Source of the DNA: a virus
Strand: one strand, 5' to 3'
Length of the DNA: 64,000 nt
Virus record (IMG/VR): IMGVR_UViG_3300031963_000016
Span: 1 to 64,000 of that record
Shown piece by piece: positions 53,378 through 63,279 of the stretch. Position 1 is the stretch's first letter. Every line of letters starts with the position of its first letter. Position numbers and translations under genes: made by a program. The notes beneath the pieces are model-generated. The model was not told the DNA's origin. It saw only the letters and a program-made list of their open reading frames with translations, and searched no databases.

Positions 53378-53989
53378 GTGGACGGCTTTAAAGCATACAG
53401 ATATTATCTGGCTATTAAACTTCACTTCACCACTGATAAATTTAATGTCTTTGAGAACAGAGGTAATGTTCGTGGTACACGTGAAGCATTTAACGCTAGG
53501 AATGATAGATATATCTTTGAGAAATTGGCTCAAAAGTACCAAGATGATAAAGATATAATTCAATTTTTCGTTTCAAATTTTGCATACAATAGTGATAATG
53601 CAATATATGATGGACAGCTAGCAGAAGACAACTATCTCGAGTGGAATAGAAGAAAACAAAGTATTACAAAAGTTTTTATAGATGACTTGGCTAAGATTAT
53701 CACTCATGTTGAGATAAACAGATTAAAAAACACTGCAATATTTGATTTCACTGATAATGAGTATCCTATTGCATTAAATATGTTTATAGGTGGTAAACTT
53801 GCTATTGAGACTATGAGAATTATTGATGATTTTACAGATATTTTAGAAAAGTGGAAACAAAACATATCTGTGAAGTACATTTGGGAAAACGAGATGCGAC
53901 GAATTACAAAGTTGACTGGTTTTGTTAAATACGATAGAATTAAACTTGAAAAAATCTTTAACCACTTCTCAGAAGAAGTTGTGAATTAA
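53378..53989 (+). CDS. 59: Helicase loader gp59
   Basis: YRYYLAIKLHFT, FNARNDRYIFEKL, FFVSNF. Confidence 0.88.
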   Translation: MDGFKAYRYYLAIKLHFTTDKFNVFENRGNVRGTREAFNARNDRYIFEKLAQKYQDDKDIIQFFVSNFAYNSDNAIYDGQLAEDNYLEWNRRKQSITKVFIDDLAKIITHVEINRLKNTAIFDFTDNEYPIALNMFIGGKLAIETMRIIDDFTDILEKWKQNISVKYIWENEMRRITKLTGFVKYDRIKLEKIFNHFSEEVVN

Positions 53990-53990
53990 A

Positions 53991-54221
53991 ATGGGCAAGA
54001 CTTATAAGAAAAATGCTCGTCTGTTTGACGATGAGCAATCCAGTGGGCGATCTGGTAAACATGCCAAACACTCTAATAACAAAAAGAGTGGAGGTATGAA
54101 AACGCTAAATAGTTATGTTGAAGAAGATTATGATTTTGATAACGATCCATTTGATGATGAGATTGAAATTCAAGATGATGTAACAATTGAACATACTAAA
54201 AATACTAACGATACTCCGTAA
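53991..54221 (+). CDS. Small basic/acidic hypothetical protein
   Basis: MGKTYKK...; lies between 59 and 32. Confidence 0.55.
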   Translation: MGKTYKKNARLFDDEQSSGRSGKHAKHSNNKKSGGMKTLNSYVEEDYDFDNDPFDDEIEIQDDVTIEHTKNTNDTP

Positions 54222-54238
54222 ATACGAAAGGAAATACA

Positions 54239-55147
54239 ATGGATATTCAAACTCTACGCAAAATGCGTTCCTCTGACTTCGGTCAAATCTCTCAAGCATT
54301 CGATAAGATTGCTAATCCCCAAACCGAAACTAAGTCTTATGCCGATGATCGCTTTTGGCGATTGGAAGGCGACAAGGCAGGTAATGGTACAGCCACAATT
54401 CGATTCCTGCCACGAGTTGAAGGTGATGAACTCCCATGGGTACGTATCTTTTCTCATGGATTCCAAGGTCCAACTGGGAAATGGTATATTGAAAACTCTT
54501 TGACCACTCTTGGTGAAAACGATCCAGTTGGTGAACTAAACACTCAGCTGTGGAATAGTGGTTCTGAAGCAAACAAAGAGATTGCACGTAAGCAAAAGCG
54601 TAAACTCTCTTTTATTGCTAATATTCTTGTTGTCAGCGATCCTAAACATCCTGAGAATGAGGGTAAGGTTTTCTTATTTAAATTTGGTAAGAAAATCTTT
54701 GATAAGATTATGGACAAGGCTCGTCCGACTTTTGAAGACGAAAAGCCAGTCAATGTCTTTGATCTTTGGGAAGGTGCTAACTTTAAACTTCGCATGCGCA
54801 AGAAAGATGGCTATGCGAATTATGACGAATCTGTATTTACAGATCCTGTTGCAGTATCTGATGATGAACAAGAGTTATTGAAGATTGTTTCTGCTCAACA
54901 TAAACTTGCTGAATTTACAGATCGTAAAAACTTCAAGTCTTATGATGAACTAAAACGCAAGTTGAATGAGGTTCTTTCTGGCGACACTTATGTAAGTAAA
55001 TCTGCTGCAGAAATTGCAGATGAAGATGAACGTCCATCTGCGCCAGCACCAAAAATTGCATCTAAACCTGCTCCGTCTCCAAAATCTGTAGATGAAGACG
55101 ATGATGATGTGATGTCTTATTTTGAGAAAATTGCGAAAGAAGATTAA
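54239..55147 (+). CDS. 32: Single-stranded DNA-binding protein gp32
   Basis: DDRFW, GNGTATIRFLP, GPTGKWYIENSLTTLG, FGKKIFDKI, GANFKL, acidic tail. Confidence 0.96.
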   Translation: MDIQTLRKMRSSDFGQISQAFDKIANPQTETKSYADDRFWRLEGDKAGNGTATIRFLPRVEGDELPWVRIFSHGFQGPTGKWYIENSLTTLGENDPVGELNTQLWNSGSEANKEIARKQKRKLSFIANILVVSDPKHPENEGKVFLFKFGKKIFDKIMDKARPTFEDEKPVNVFDLWEGANFKLRMRKKDGYANYDESVFTDPVAVSDDEQELLKIVSAQHKLAEFTDRKNFKSYDELKRKLNEVLSGDTYVSKSAAEIADEDERPSAPAPKIASKPAPSPKSVDEDDDDVMSYFEKIAKED

Positions 55148-55167
55148 TCTACACTTCGCTACATAAG

Positions 55168-55199
55168 AAAGGGGATCGAAAGATCCCCTTTTGTTTTTT
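55168..55199. terminator. Bidirectional intrinsic terminator
   Basis: AAAGGGGATC-GAAA-GATCCCCTTTT between convergent genes. Confidence 0.9.
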
Positions 55200-56913
55200 A
55201 GAAAGCGAATCTATTTCGATCTCTTTCGTATCTTTCTAATGATGATTCTTGATTTCTTATATTTGCTTTAATATAATTGTTTTGATTGTTATTTACAGGA
55301 GCATTAACTACAGCATTGTTAGAAGATCTAACTTGTGGTGTCATTGCTCTAATCTTTGCTTCTTCTGAAGCAGCTGATGCAGAAGAAACTTGTGTGGCTG
55401 TTCTTGGTGGTTCAACTGGTTTTGCTACTGCTGGAACAGCTACTACTGGCGATGTAGTTGGAGCAGCTGTCGCTGGCGCAGGAGCAGCTTCTACAGCTGG
55501 AGCAGGTTTTTCTTTGAAACCAAAGAAACCTTTTAATTTACTCATTGTAGAACCAGTTTTTGGTGGTTCCTGTACGACAGCAGCAGAAGGCGATTCTTCT
55601 GGAGAAACTACACCACTGTAATCAACAACTCGTGGTTCTTGGCGTTGGGCAGGTTTAACTGGAGCTGTTTCTTCTTTCTTATCATCGCCAAATCCAAAGA
55701 AAGATTTAACTTTATCAAGTTTATCTTTAAACCATTTAGAAATAGCAGAAGAAATTTCTGTGACTTGATTTGAAATACTAGTAATAACATCACTAATAGA
55801 CCAACCATTCCACCATTCAATAATACCATCTTTTAATTTACCAAAACCAGTTACTACACTTCCAATAGATTCTGTAATAAATGTTGTTATCTTTCCCCAC
55901 AGTTCATCCCAATTGAAAGATTCCCATAGTTCTATCGCTTTGTCACGTATCCAAATAAATGGTTTTGCTAGATTATCAATCATGTTACTAAACATTGTCT
56001 CAAAGGAGAATGATTTTAATGCTTCTTCTGCCTTATCAAACCCAAATACTCCAAGCACCCAAGCAATAGCATTTTTTAACATGTCTAATGGTGCAAAAAT
56101 TAATGAATTAAAGAAACCTTTAACTGCACCCATAACACCACCAATAATTCCACCATCTTCAAATCCAGCTATAAATCCTTTTACCGTATCCCATAAAGTC
56201 ATGATAACTGTAAATGGAATTGCTAATTTTGAAAATATTTTAACAGCACCTCCGAATATTTTCATAAACTCATCACCCCATGCAGCAACTGTGGAGAAAA
56301 ATGATTTAACCTTTCCTACCATATCCATAACAAAATCGATACCTCTTCCTACTGCAGCAGAACCATCTTTTATTAGATCTGCTCCCTTTGCAATTGGTGC
56401 GAAGAATTTTGATATACCATCTTTTAAAGAGGTTATCATTTTACCGATTGTAGAACCCTCATCAAAAACAAAAAGACTTTTAATCTTGGCAAATCCTTTA
56501 GCAATAAGATCTCCTATTTTACCAAAGAAATCGACAATAGCATCAAAGCCAGTTTTAATTGCGGCGATCCACTTTTCTGGCAATAATACTTTAGCAAGTT
56601 TACCCAGAAGAGTTACATATCCTTTAATATAACCAACAATTGCACCTAAAGCCACTGCTAACATAGTGCCAAGTGCGCCAATGCCAAAATCACCACCAGC
56701 AGGTTTTGCACTTTTTGCAGCACCACCTATAGCTCCAGCTGTATTCTTTTCAATTTTTACAAGAAGTTCGATCATCTTGTCTTGACGTCTTTGATTCTCT
56801 AAATCATTTTCTTTAGATGAAGTTGGGGGTGTTACATTTGCTGGGGTGAGTCTAGCATCATTCGCTGCTATCATCGACCTTTGTGCTTGTAAAAGTGCTG
56901 CCATTTGCGCCAT
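55198..56913 (-). CDS. Tail tape-measure/baseplate-hub-like protein (gp29 position)
   Basis: Long amphipathic G/A/F/I-rich repeats, Pro/Ala-rich tail; downstream of 26/51. Confidence 0.7.
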   Translation of the reverse strand: MAQMAALLQAQRSMIAANDARLTPANVTPPTSSKENDLENQRRQDKMIELLVKIEKNTAGAIGGAAKSAKPAGGDFGIGALGTMLAVALGAIVGYIKGYVTLLGKLAKVLLPEKWIAAIKTGFDAIVDFFGKIGDLIAKGFAKIKSLFVFDEGSTIGKMITSLKDGISKFFAPIAKGADLIKDGSAAVGRGIDFVMDMVGKVKSFFSTVAAWGDEFMKIFGGAVKIFSKLAIPFTVIMTLWDTVKGFIAGFEDGGIIGGVMGAVKGFFNSLIFAPLDMLKNAIAWVLGVFGFDKAEEALKSFSFETMFSNMIDNLAKPFIWIRDKAIELWESFNWDELWGKITTFITESIGSVVTGFGKLKDGIIEWWNGWSISDVITSISNQVTEISSAISKWFKDKLDKVKSFFGFGDDKKEETAPVKPAQRQEPRVVDYSGVVSPEESPSAAVVQEPPKTGSTMSKLKGFFGFKEKPAPAVEAAPAPATAAPTTSPVVAVPAVAKPVEPPRTATQVSSASAASEEAKIRAMTPQVRSSNNAVVNAPVNNNQNNYIKANIRNQESSLERYERDRNRFAF

Positions 56914-56914
56914 A

Positions 56915-57091
56915 TTAGCGTTCCATTCTTTTCTTTTCTTCTTCTAAATGTCTAATTAGTAGGTAGATATAGATCTCTCTCTCAAATGGTATCATATTTT
57001 CAATATCTTCTAGTGTATATTTATGGTATTGCATCAATGAAAAGTTTAATTCATAATAATTAGATAAAGTATCATGAGAGAGAGCTATCAA
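56915..57091 (-). CDS. 51: Baseplate hub assembly protein gp51 frame (not in ORF track)
   Basis: LIALSHDTLSNYYELNFSLMQYHKYTLEDIENMIPFEREIY; -1 frame relative to gp26; ATG at 57034. Confidence 0.8.
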   Translation of the reverse strand: MIALSHDTLSNYYELNFSLMQYHKYTLEDIENMIPFEREIYIYLLIRHLEEEKKRMER

Positions 57092-57816
57092 AAAAAACTA
57101 TCTAGACCCTCCAGTTTAACCTCGTTATATTTACTACAGACTGGACAATTAAAATGTAGTTTGTGAGATAATTTGGGCATAGTTTCAAAAAACTTCTGCA
57201 GTTTTTCAAATTGTTCTGCGGTTAGATTATCAATAAACTCTTTAACTTCCGCTTTGGTCTGATCTTTAATAGGATATATTTCGTCATTATCATAGATGTA
57301 ATCCATAGATTCTGCAATTATATCAAAGACTAAACTAGCGTCATTATTTTTAACATTTTGAAACTTTGTTAGAGTTTCTAGTGATGGATATTTCATAACA
57401 ACCCCAACATCATTAAATAAAGGAATTTTATTTGTATGTTCTTTGGATTGTTCTACTTTAATGTCATCAATATTAATTTTTACATTTACTGTTGCTTTTT
57501 TATTTGCCTCTTCGGAACCATGTTCTTCTGGACATTTCAAAACTAACTCAATTTCCTCCCCAACAGATTTTGCTCTAAGCTGAAGAAAAATATATTCCAT
57601 ATCAAATAAAGATAAAGATTCGATATCAATTGTAGAAGTTACAGAAGATTTAATAATACTCTTTAGAGTATCCATCATTACCATAACATTCTCACTCTGT
57701 TGAGCGATTAAAAGTGCTTTTTGCTCTTTTACTAGAAATGGTCTAAATTTGATAGTTTCTTTAGTAGAAGGAACAACTAGATTGTACGTTGGTGTACTAT
57801 TTACTGGTAAAGCCAT
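57088..57816 (-). CDS. 26: Baseplate hub subunit gp26
   Basis: MALP...PTY.L..PST...FRPFLVKEQKALLIA, FLQLRAKSVGE, CPVC, EGLDSFF. Confidence 0.9.
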   Translation of the reverse strand: MALPVNSTPTYNLVVPSTKETIKFRPFLVKEQKALLIAQQSENVMVMMDTLKSIIKSSVTSTIDIESLSLFDMEYIFLQLRAKSVGEEIELVLKCPEEHGSEEANKKATVNVKINIDDIKVEQSKEHTNKIPLFNDVGVVMKYPSLETLTKFQNVKNNDASLVFDIIAESMDYIYDNDEIYPIKDQTKAEVKEFIDNLTAEQFEKLQKFFETMPKLSHKLHFNCPVCSKYNEVKLEGLDSFF

Positions 57817-58232
57817 TATGCATCTCCTTTGGTCATATTCTTAATTAACTTATTCAACTCAGTTGTGCTACCTACAAAGATAGCATTATTTGTAACCTGT
57901 TTAGTCTTATCAGACTTAGATGGTTCGTCTAATTTTTGTTTTTGTGAATGTAAATCTAATAGTTGCTGATTAATGTCAGCTAATTGTTTTATTAAATTTC
58001 CAACAACTTCAAATGCACGAGGATGTTCTGATTGTCTAGCTACCTCAAGAGCACTAGTTAATGCTTCTTGTCCTTGTTGAAGCAATACACGCATATTATT
58101 GCGAGAGACTTCATAGTCGTCATCAATTTTATTATCAGATGGTTTTATAAGATCACCATTTTTAGATATCACTTCAGTTTTGCTGATTGGTTGTATACCA
58201 AATTCAGCGGATAATGTTTCATCAACTTTCAT
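57816..58232 (-). CDS. 16: Terminase small subunit gp16
   Basis: DDYEVSR, SEHPRAFEVV, TNNAIFVGSTTEL. Confidence 0.85.
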   Translation of the reverse strand: MKVDETLSAEFGIQPISKTEVISKNGDLIKPSDNKIDDDYEVSRNNMRVLLQQGQEALTSALEVARQSEHPRAFEVVGNLIKQLADINQQLLDLHSQKQKLDEPSKSDKTKQVTNNAIFVGSTTELNKLIKNMTKGDA

Positions 58233-58233
58233 A

Positions 58234-58560
58234 CTATTCCTTTTTACTATTTACATATTTGTCAAATATAGCATTTGCTACCCATGCTCCCATATACCCA
58301 ATAAAATACCACTCTGGAAATGTTGTAGGGTTACTAATGATCAGATATATAAACCCCCATGTACTAATCACCCATGCCCCAAATCTAGTAAATTTTTTCT
58401 CATCTAGTTTTCCGTCACTACTTACTAAATCTTTAATGTCAAACGAATCTTTTGGGTTGCGATGCATCGCAACCATAGTCATAATGACCATTAATATTAA
58501 TAACGCTAATAATAGTGATAGCGTAGTTTTAACTGTAAAGAATGCTATAATTTCTGACAT
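58234..58560 (-). CDS. Three-TM membrane protein
   Basis: Three hydrophobic helices, charged C-terminus. Confidence 0.7.
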   Translation of the reverse strand: MSEIIAFFTVKTTLSLLLALLILMVIMTMVAMHRNPKDSFDIKDLVSSDGKLDEKKFTRFGAWVISTWGFIYLIISNPTTFPEWYFIGYMGAWVANAIFDKYVNSKKE

Positions 58561-59309
58561 TAGAATTTTAATAGTCCAGGGATTTTGGTAACACCATATG
58601 TTAAAGCAGATCCAGTTATAAAATTACCTGCTGTAGTTCCTAGAGTATTGTTTAGTGTCTCTTGAAAACCAGAAAAATTTTTCATCATTTTTTCATATAA
58701 AGTTAAAGGAACTTTTTGACCATTACTCAATGGAGATTTTGGTTCAGCTGTCCAATATTTGTACTGCATAGTTATAGGTAGTTTCATAACTTCTTTTGAT
58801 GAATGATCAAGATTTATTGCACCTATTGATTTTGGATAACACTCCCATAAAGTCATTTCATAACGAGTATTATCATTAATATCTTGAACTTCAATAACCA
58901 TATTTGTTATATAATTATTGTAATAATTCCAGTTTCTTGTTACTGGATTTTGTACTGTGTCAACCCATCTATCGAATAACTCTTTTACTTTTAGATCCAA
59001 ATCTACATAAAAGGTCATATTTACCGCATCATAGAGTTTTTCATATGGAACTTCACGAAATTCGCCATATGTTCTATTTTGAATAGTTGAGAAATTAGTT
59101 CCAGGAAGTTGGATAGTATCGCAAAATAATAAAACTTTTCGCAGTGCTTGTGGATTTACACCAGCAGGAGGAGTGAATAATACAGCAAAACGATTTTGTC
59201 TTGATAATGCTCCACTTTTTACTTGAGCAACGAAATCTCCTATGCTTCCAGGTTTAGCACTTCCACCTCTAGAAGAGTTTTGTGTTAAGAATGGTAAATT
59301 TAATGCCAT
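58560..59309 (-). CDS. 54: Baseplate tail-tube initiator gp54-like (gp19 family)
   Basis: NRFAVLF, FCDTIQLPG, MTFYVD, YPKSIG..L, ITMQYKYW. Confidence 0.75.
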   Translation of the reverse strand: MALNLPFLTQNSSRGGSAKPGSIGDFVAQVKSGALSRQNRFAVLFTPPAGVNPQALRKVLLFCDTIQLPGTNFSTIQNRTYGEFREVPYEKLYDAVNMTFYVDLDLKVKELFDRWVDTVQNPVTRNWNYYNNYITNMVIEVQDINDNTRYEMTLWECYPKSIGAINLDHSSKEVMKLPITMQYKYWTAEPKSPLSNGQKVPLTLYEKMMKNFSGFQETLNNTLGTTAGNFITGSALTYGVTKIPGLLKF

Positions 59310-59310
59310 T

Positions 59311-59913
59311 TTAGTTCTTTCTTATAATTTTTTTAGAATCTGCCCAAACCTCTTGTTTTGACGCACCTACAAATCGTTCAACAGGTAATAACATTGCAGT
59401 TGCCCAGTCATTTGAATGTACTTGTCTAAATTGCGTTCTAACATGACTGGTAAGATATTGTTTTACACATGGTTTTGCTGCTTGATATTTTGATATGCCA
59501 TTAATTAGTTGCCATGAATATTTAATTCTAGTAGTTTCATCATATCTTGTGTTGCTAGCAAATGTTAATAAACTATCTAATAACCCAATTCTTAATGGGT
59601 ATGGTAAATAGTGCATATTTAATCCATAAAATCCATCTGAAGATTTACGAAAAGGAAATACTAGAGGAAACCTGTCATAGTATGGAAGATCTTCTTTAGT
59701 TTTAGGATCATAACCAAACATATACAAATGTCCAGGCATAATTCTAGTAACTAACTGTTCTGGATTACCATTTAACACTCTTTGTGGAGTGAGTTGCTGC
59801 CTAGTCATCAAAAGGACTTGTTGTTCAAACCAAGCACGACTTTTTCTAACCGAGGTTAAAAGGTCATACTTGTTTCTCTCGAATACGTCGATCATAGTTG
59901 GTTTTTTAGCCAT
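59311..59913 (-). CDS. 2: DNA end-protector protein gp2
   Basis: GHLYMFGYDPK, LPYYDRFPL, GLNMHYLP, CVKQYL..HV. Confidence 0.9.
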   Translation of the reverse strand: MAKKPTMIDVFERNKYDLLTSVRKSRAWFEQQVLLMTRQQLTPQRVLNGNPEQLVTRIMPGHLYMFGYDPKTKEDLPYYDRFPLVFPFRKSSDGFYGLNMHYLPYPLRIGLLDSLLTFASNTRYDETTRIKYSWQLINGISKYQAAKPCVKQYLTSHVRTQFRQVHSNDWATAMLLPVERFVGASKQEVWADSKKIIRKN

Positions 59914-59918
59914 AAATA

Positions 59919-60350
59919 TTATTTAGGTGTTAACCCTAACTCCTGTTCAGTAATAATTTTAAATTCCCAACCTCGATCTTTACAATACATTTTAGCTGCT
60001 TCCCATTTAGCCTGATTTTTAATAAAGATTAAAGATTCAGTTAAGTATCTTTTTGTTCTTTTTCCAGGATATTCTGGAGGAATTGTTTGGGATTTGGGTT
60101 TTACTTCTACAAGATAAGTTTTACCGTTATTAATTATAATTTTAAAATCAACAAAATAGCGATGTATTAAATTATCTGTGGGACAGCGATAAGGAATAAT
60201 CGTTTCTTCAGAACTCCATTTTATAATAGATGGGTTTTTATCACACCAATTGGCGAACATGGTTTCCCATGAACTTCTCATAATAATATTTGTGTGATCT
60301 CCTGTGTATTTTTCAGGAAATAATGGAGTAAACTTTCTTTTATGGAACAT
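59919..60350 (-). CDS. 4: Head completion nuclease gp4
   Basis: PEKYTGD, RSSWE, WSSEE, HRYFVDF, EVKP, NQAKWEAA. Confidence 0.92.
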   Translation of the reverse strand: MFHKRKFTPLFPEKYTGDHTNIIMRSSWETMFANWCDKNPSIIKWSSEETIIPYRCPTDNLIHRYFVDFKIIINNGKTYLVEVKPKSQTIPPEYPGKRTKRYLTESLIFIKNQAKWEAAKMYCKDRGWEFKIITEQELGLTPK

Positions 60351-60355
60351 AAATA
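60348..60355 (+). promoter_or_regulatory. T4-type late promoter for gene 48 (a divergent AATAAATA lies at 60380-60387 on the minus strand)
   Basis: CATAAATA. Confidence 0.6.
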
Positions 60356-60401
60356 ACTAATTAGAGGTAATATTCACCTTTATTTATTCTAAAGGCATCA
60401 A

Positions 60402-61508
60402 ATGGCAGAACAAGCAGACCTTCGTAAATTTGAACAAAGACAGGAACAAAAAGCCAATCTCTATACCCCAAGAGGTGGTCCAAGCACATTTAGAAGTGGG
60501 GGATCTGATGGCTATAATGTTGAATCATTTTCTTATCCAGATGATTTATTTTCTGCGAAAGGAACGTATGGTGGAAACTATGTAGTATTTTACATTAACG
60601 TCGGAACCGATTCTAAACTAGCAAAATCCTTACCTGAAAACGAGTTTGTCAATGATTTAACTCCTAGAGATCGTGGAGATCTAATTGCACAGAACCTTTC
60701 TAAAGATAGACTAGTTGCGGCTCAGGGAACTGTTAACACAATAACTGGCATAGTCGGAGGAAGTATTGCTTTTGGTAATGTAGCTGGTGCACTCAAGGGA
60801 ACCGCTATAGCAAATATACCAACAGTAGGTCTTGCGGTGACTGCTACTCTCGCCCCAGATGCGACAAGATCTCAAAAACGCTTAAAAACTGCAATCGCTA
60901 TGCATGTCCCAAATCAATTACAAATTCGTTACGGAATGCAATGGTCAGAAGAAGATACTACATCATTATCGATAGCTGCTGAAGGTATAGATGAAGTTAT
61001 GAAAGCACTTGACAGTAAAGGTAAAGACAGTGATGTTAAGGGTGTTGGTGCAGCTATTATTGCTAATTTAACTTTAGGCAAAACACCTGGTGCTTCTGCT
61101 GCTCTGGGATTGGCAGCAAATCCTAAAAAGGAACAAGTTTTTAAAGGTGTAGATTTTAGAACATTTCAATTCGACTATCAATTTTTTCCAAGAAGTTCTC
61201 AAGAAGCAAAAAATGTATTAAACATTATACAGCAATTTAAATATCATATGCATCCAGAATTTAAGGATGAGTATAATTTTGTATATATGTATCCTTCTGA
61301 ATTCGATATTCTTTATTATAATAATGGTGTGGAAAATTTAAAACTACATAGACACACCTCATGTGTTTTAACAGAGCTAAATGTAAACTATACACCAAAC
61401 GGAACATTTACTACATTTGAAGATGGAATGCCAACTCAAATTAATGTAACAATGAATTTCCGTGAACTTGCTCTTCTAACAAAAGATAAAGTGAAGGATG
61501 GTCTATAA
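60402..61508 (+). CDS. 48: Baseplate tail-tube cap gp48
   Basis: NPKKEQVFKGVDFRTFQFDY.FFPRS..EA, YPSEFDI, CVLTEL.VNYTP. Confidence 0.9.
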   Translation: MAEQADLRKFEQRQEQKANLYTPRGGPSTFRSGGSDGYNVESFSYPDDLFSAKGTYGGNYVVFYINVGTDSKLAKSLPENEFVNDLTPRDRGDLIAQNLSKDRLVAAQGTVNTITGIVGGSIAFGNVAGALKGTAIANIPTVGLAVTATLAPDATRSQKRLKTAIAMHVPNQLQIRYGMQWSEEDTTSLSIAAEGIDEVMKALDSKGKDSDVKGVGAAIIANLTLGKTPGASAALGLAANPKKEQVFKGVDFRTFQFDYQFFPRSSQEAKNVLNIIQQFKYHMHPEFKDEYNFVYMYPSEFDILYYNNGVENLKLHRHTSCVLTELNVNYTPNGTFTTFEDGMPTQINVTMNFRELALLTKDKVKDGL

Positions 61509-61999
61509 TGTATTTTAAAGAATTTCCTGATTTTCTTTACGACTTTAGATATGGAACTAAGTTAAAAACTTCTATTGTTAAAGATATTACAAGAAATGTT
61601 CGTTTTCGTAAAGAAATTTTATCAAATATAACATTGTATGATGAATATGATATAATTGATGGGGAAACACCAGAAATTATAGCAGAAAAGATCTATGGAA
61701 ATGCAGAATATCATTGGATAATTATGCTTTGCAACGACAAATATGATTATCTTACAGATTTTCCATTAGAGGAATATGCTCTTGTTAAACATATTGAAAC
61801 AAAATATGGAACTACTGCAAATAACATTAAACATTATGTAGATGAAAGAGGATTTATAGTTAATTCAAATTATCCAGGTGCAGTGCCTATAACTAATGCA
61901 TCTTATGAACGAGATTTAAATGAAAAGAAAAGAAGAATAAAGATAGTATCTCCACAGATAATTAATGCTATTATTAAGAATTTTGAAGAATTGTTATAA
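61508..61999 (+). CDS. 53: Baseplate wedge subunit gp53
   Basis: MYFKEFP, DGETPEIIAEKIYG..YHWIIMLCND, EKKRRIKI. Confidence 0.92.
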   Translation: MYFKEFPDFLYDFRYGTKLKTSIVKDITRNVRFRKEILSNITLYDEYDIIDGETPEIIAEKIYGNAEYHWIIMLCNDKYDYLTDFPLEEYALVKHIETKYGTTANNIKHYVDERGFIVNSNYPGAVPITNASYERDLNEKKRRIKIVSPQIINAIIKNFEELL

Positions 62000-63279
62000 T
62001 GAAGGCTGTTTCTAAATTAAGATTTGCTGGTGATGTCAGCATTGATAAGGTTAAAATAGTAACCTTAAAGGGATTCACACAAGATATCGCTGCTCAGGTT
62101 ATTAATATTCAAATATATGAAGATTTATTCTCACCATTTATGAGTGGAAGTTTAATCATTAAAGATGCTTTAGATTTAGTTAATTTATTTCCATTTATTG
62201 GTGAAGAATTTGTAGAATTAGATATATCTACGCCAACTCTAAAAAAGACTAAAAATATAAAAGGGACATTTTATATTTACAAATTATCTAATCGTGAAAT
62301 AGTTGGAGATCGTTCCGTAGTTTATCAACTACATTTTGTGTCAAAAGAAGCCATTGTAGATTTAAATAAAAAAATTAGTAGAGTTTTTGGTAATAAAGTT
62401 TCTGAATTAGTAGAACCATTTCTAAAAGATAAAACAATAGGATTAGAAAGCGATAAACAGGTTTTTATAGAACCAACAATTAATAATACAAAATATATTT
62501 CAAATTTTTGGTCTCCTGTTAAAAATATTATGCATTTAGTTGCTTCTGCTTCCAATTTAAATAAAACTCCAAATTATGTATTTTTTGAAAATAGAGATGG
62601 ATTTTATTTTATAAGTTTAGACAGTTTATATGGAGCAAATCCTTACCAAGAATTTACATATGACAAATATACTAGAGATAAATTACCACAAGGTGGCGAT
62701 GCTAGAAACATACCAGAAGATTATAAAAGAATTAAAGAAATAAGCATTCCTGTAGGATTTGACTATATGGATAGAATTTCTTCAGGTATGTTATCTTCTA
62801 AAATTATCTCATACGATGTTACAACTAAAAAATATACAACTAGAAACTATAATATGTTTCAAAGATTTAATGAACAAAAACATTTAAATAAATTTCCTGT
62901 AAATTCAGATAGAGCTGTTTTTCGTTCTAATTCTTTTCATATAAGATATCCAAAATATTATGGTAATTTTAATGCATTTGGTGATGTAACAAATCAAAAA
63001 ACTATTCAAGAAAGACTCTCACTAATTAAATTAGCAGAGGCAAATAAATTACAAATAACTGTTCCTGGAAGAACTGATTATACAGTAGGACAAAAGGTAG
63101 CTATAGTTTTAAATAAAATGGAACCAATAACTCCAAGAGATAAAAATACTACAGATAAAATGTTTTCTGGATTTTATTTAATTTCTGCTGTTAATCATTA
63201 CATTGATAGAGAAAAACATGAATGTATTATGGAAGTTATAAAAGAATCTTCGCAGATGGATATGAACAAAGGAAAATAA
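61999..63279 (+). CDS. Baseplate hub/tail protein (gp27-like position)
   Basis: IYEDLFSPFMSG.L.I.D, FFENRDGFYF, ITVPG, GFYLISAVNH; between 53 and 5. Confidence 0.7.
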   Translation: MKAVSKLRFAGDVSIDKVKIVTLKGFTQDIAAQVINIQIYEDLFSPFMSGSLIIKDALDLVNLFPFIGEEFVELDISTPTLKKTKNIKGTFYIYKLSNREIVGDRSVVYQLHFVSKEAIVDLNKKISRVFGNKVSELVEPFLKDKTIGLESDKQVFIEPTINNTKYISNFWSPVKNIMHLVASASNLNKTPNYVFFENRDGFYFISLDSLYGANPYQEFTYDKYTRDKLPQGGDARNIPEDYKRIKEISIPVGFDYMDRISSGMLSSKIISYDVTTKKYTTRNYNMFQRFNEQKHLNKFPVNSDRAVFRSNSFHIRYPKYYGNFNAFGDVTNQKTIQERLSLIKLAEANKLQITVPGRTDYTVGQKVAIVLNKMEPITPRDKNTTDKMFSGFYLISAVNHYIDREKHECIMEVIKESSQMDMNKGK

